Shown in pieces: positions 62,243 through 64,000 of a stretch of DNA of 64,000 nucleotides (the first letter of the stretch is position 1; each line of letters begins with the position of its first letter). The stretch is from Veleropilina oligotropha. Its lineage: Eukaryota. The notes beneath the pieces were generated by a model. The model saw only the letters and a program-made list of their open reading frames with translations. It searched no databases and was not told the DNA's origin. The stretch spans positions 310,001 to 374,000 of the forward strand of contig JBEUKZ010000023.1 of the NCBI GenBank assembly GCA_048128005.1, given 5' to 3'. A program made the translations under genes and the position numbers.

Positions 62243-62673
62243 CAGGCGCGGATCAAGGGCGCACCGCTAAAGCTGGTCAAGCATACTAAAATAATATGTA
62301 TAATCTGATACAAATGACTTTCATAACATTATAAATAGGCCTACCCCAAAATACTAAAGTTGAATTGTATTACTATTAGCTTTTGCAATGTAATAATGCA
62401 GGAGGGGGGATTTCACACAGTAAATTGTCAAAATTTTCTTGCGCGTGGGGCCCCGACCCCGACGCGAATAATTCGATTATGACAAAATAAAATAAAAAAT
62501 TTACTCGTGCTATTTGAGTGACGGTGGTTCATAAAAAGTTAGAATGAAATATCGCTTTTGCCCTGTCAGAGTGCAGGAGAGGGGGTTTCAGGCTGTTGAT
62601 TGTCAAAATTTTCAGTTAACAGTTAATAGTAAATTCAGCGCCCCCCTAAGCAAAATTCCTGGATCCGCGCCTG
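62243..62673. mobile_element. CAG...CTG TIR element with 5-bp TSD
   Basis: atcac|caggcgcggatc...gatccgcgcctg|atcac. Confidence 0.75.
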
Positions 62674-64000
62674 ATCACTACTGTTCAAGTGACTCTTCCG
62701 TAAATATAATTCCCACCAGCTGCCAAGTAAGTATGAGTAAACTGGAGAATCTGATGTCTTCTGCACTAAGCCAGACGTGCAAAACGATGGCATCGTTGAA
62801 GAAGTGCGCGGATCGTACTGGTAGTACAGGCAAATTTACTAAAAGTGACCCTAATGCCCATGGAATATATGCAATTTATGGTCTGGTACCGTATTAATTA
62901 TATTCCATGAAAATTACGGTCATTGTCAGCGTTAATAAGCGGGGTTCGCTATCCTTGTAATATAGCCTATTTTACGCGAGTCTTACATGAAGGGATTACC
63001 GGACGTCGCAGACGAATAATTTATTTGTCTTCGACGCAATCGCTTTTGAACAGTTCTTCGGCTGATTGGTGGAAACTCAGAGATGTTCGTACAGTGAAAC
63101 TTGCCGTTTTGAAGCGTTTTCTGAGATTCACGAGCCGAATATGGCTGTCGACCTGTTGTCATGCGTAGATGTCCTGCACGAGTTCGATCTCTCACATGAC
63201 CAAATTGTCGAAATCGCCACCACAGATGTTTCAGTGGACACCAAAATGTTCAGATCTAAGCATACGTTGAAGCGTATACAAAATTATGTAGGCCTACTAA
63301 TGGTACGAAACCGATCATTTTTACTTAGCCAGGCACTTCGGTTCACTTCTAAAAATGTATCCCAACTAGGTCTATTAAAACGACGATAAACACTGTCGCA
63401 TTGATTTAATGAACATTAAAAAAATGTGAAAACCGCCCATTGTTGCTGCAGCGCACGTGTAAATTGTGCATTGACATAGCGAGGGTATGAACTCTTTAAT
63501 GTCTGAACGTCTCGTTGCTTTGCGAAATGCAACCATTTCATTATCAATGGTTTAGCATTGCAGTCTATTTTTTACCGCTAGTATACTATATAGAGTAGTA
63601 AACATGTATTTGATGATGTCGACCGATGTTGAAGTAATATGCACTCACCAGAGCTCTGTAATATTATGGCATATTGTCGACGTTGTATGTCCGCAGTTTG
63701 TGAGATTGATCTCTGTTGAGAAGAGATGTGTCATCGTCCCTACCATATAAATCGCGCCACTAACAGCCAGACCAGACATTTCGTGAAAACACTCATAAAT
63801 ATTATCAAAAATACGTTGAAGTTTTACTTTGTCATTAGACGTTGTTTGTCAGGTTTATGATCGTGCTGGATGAGAACAAGTGGTTCATCAATACGATCTT
63901 GATTCACAGGGGACAACTTTTGGCGGTTCAAATAGATATAGTCCGTTGTGGTCGTGCTAACAGACTTTCATAGGCTGTGAGCTTTGAAATTCGATCGTTT

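Noticed and set aside
63066..63389. 107-aa ORF near the window end
   Set aside because: No motif I can recognise. It may be a decayed transposon coding fragment and needs a tblastn/HMM search.

Overview
AT-rich animal genomic DNA, probably a mollusc or other lophotrochozoan (inferred from the repeat types; I cannot name the species). It holds two spliced minus-strand genes. One is the first coding exon of an SH2B-family adaptor (Phe-zipper plus the start of a PH domain, 8113-8838). The other is a complete 22-exon Rabaptin-5/RABEP1 orthologue (58239->15063, about 974 aa as assembled by hand, all intron phases consistent) with a C-terminal FYVE finger and one GC-AG intron. RABEP intron 2 carries a structurally complete ~7.4 kb DIRS1-type tyrosine-recombinase retrotransposon (ITRs, internal complementary region, gag, RT-RNaseH-methyltransferase, YR). 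One 14-bp duplication frameshifts both of its overlapping ORFs. The rest is dense with non-autonomous repeats: Helentron-like elements carrying ~157-185 bp monomers (one grown into a ~20-mer array with a 5-mer higher-order repeat), tRNA-derived SINEs, TIR/MITE elements, long hairpin elements, and minisatellites at exon edges. I see no clearly novel biological system. The most interesting points are the DIRS element, the SH2B-RABEP adjacency (like human SH2B1-ATP2A1-RABEP2), the Rabaptin-FYVE architecture and a minisatellite built from a splice donor.
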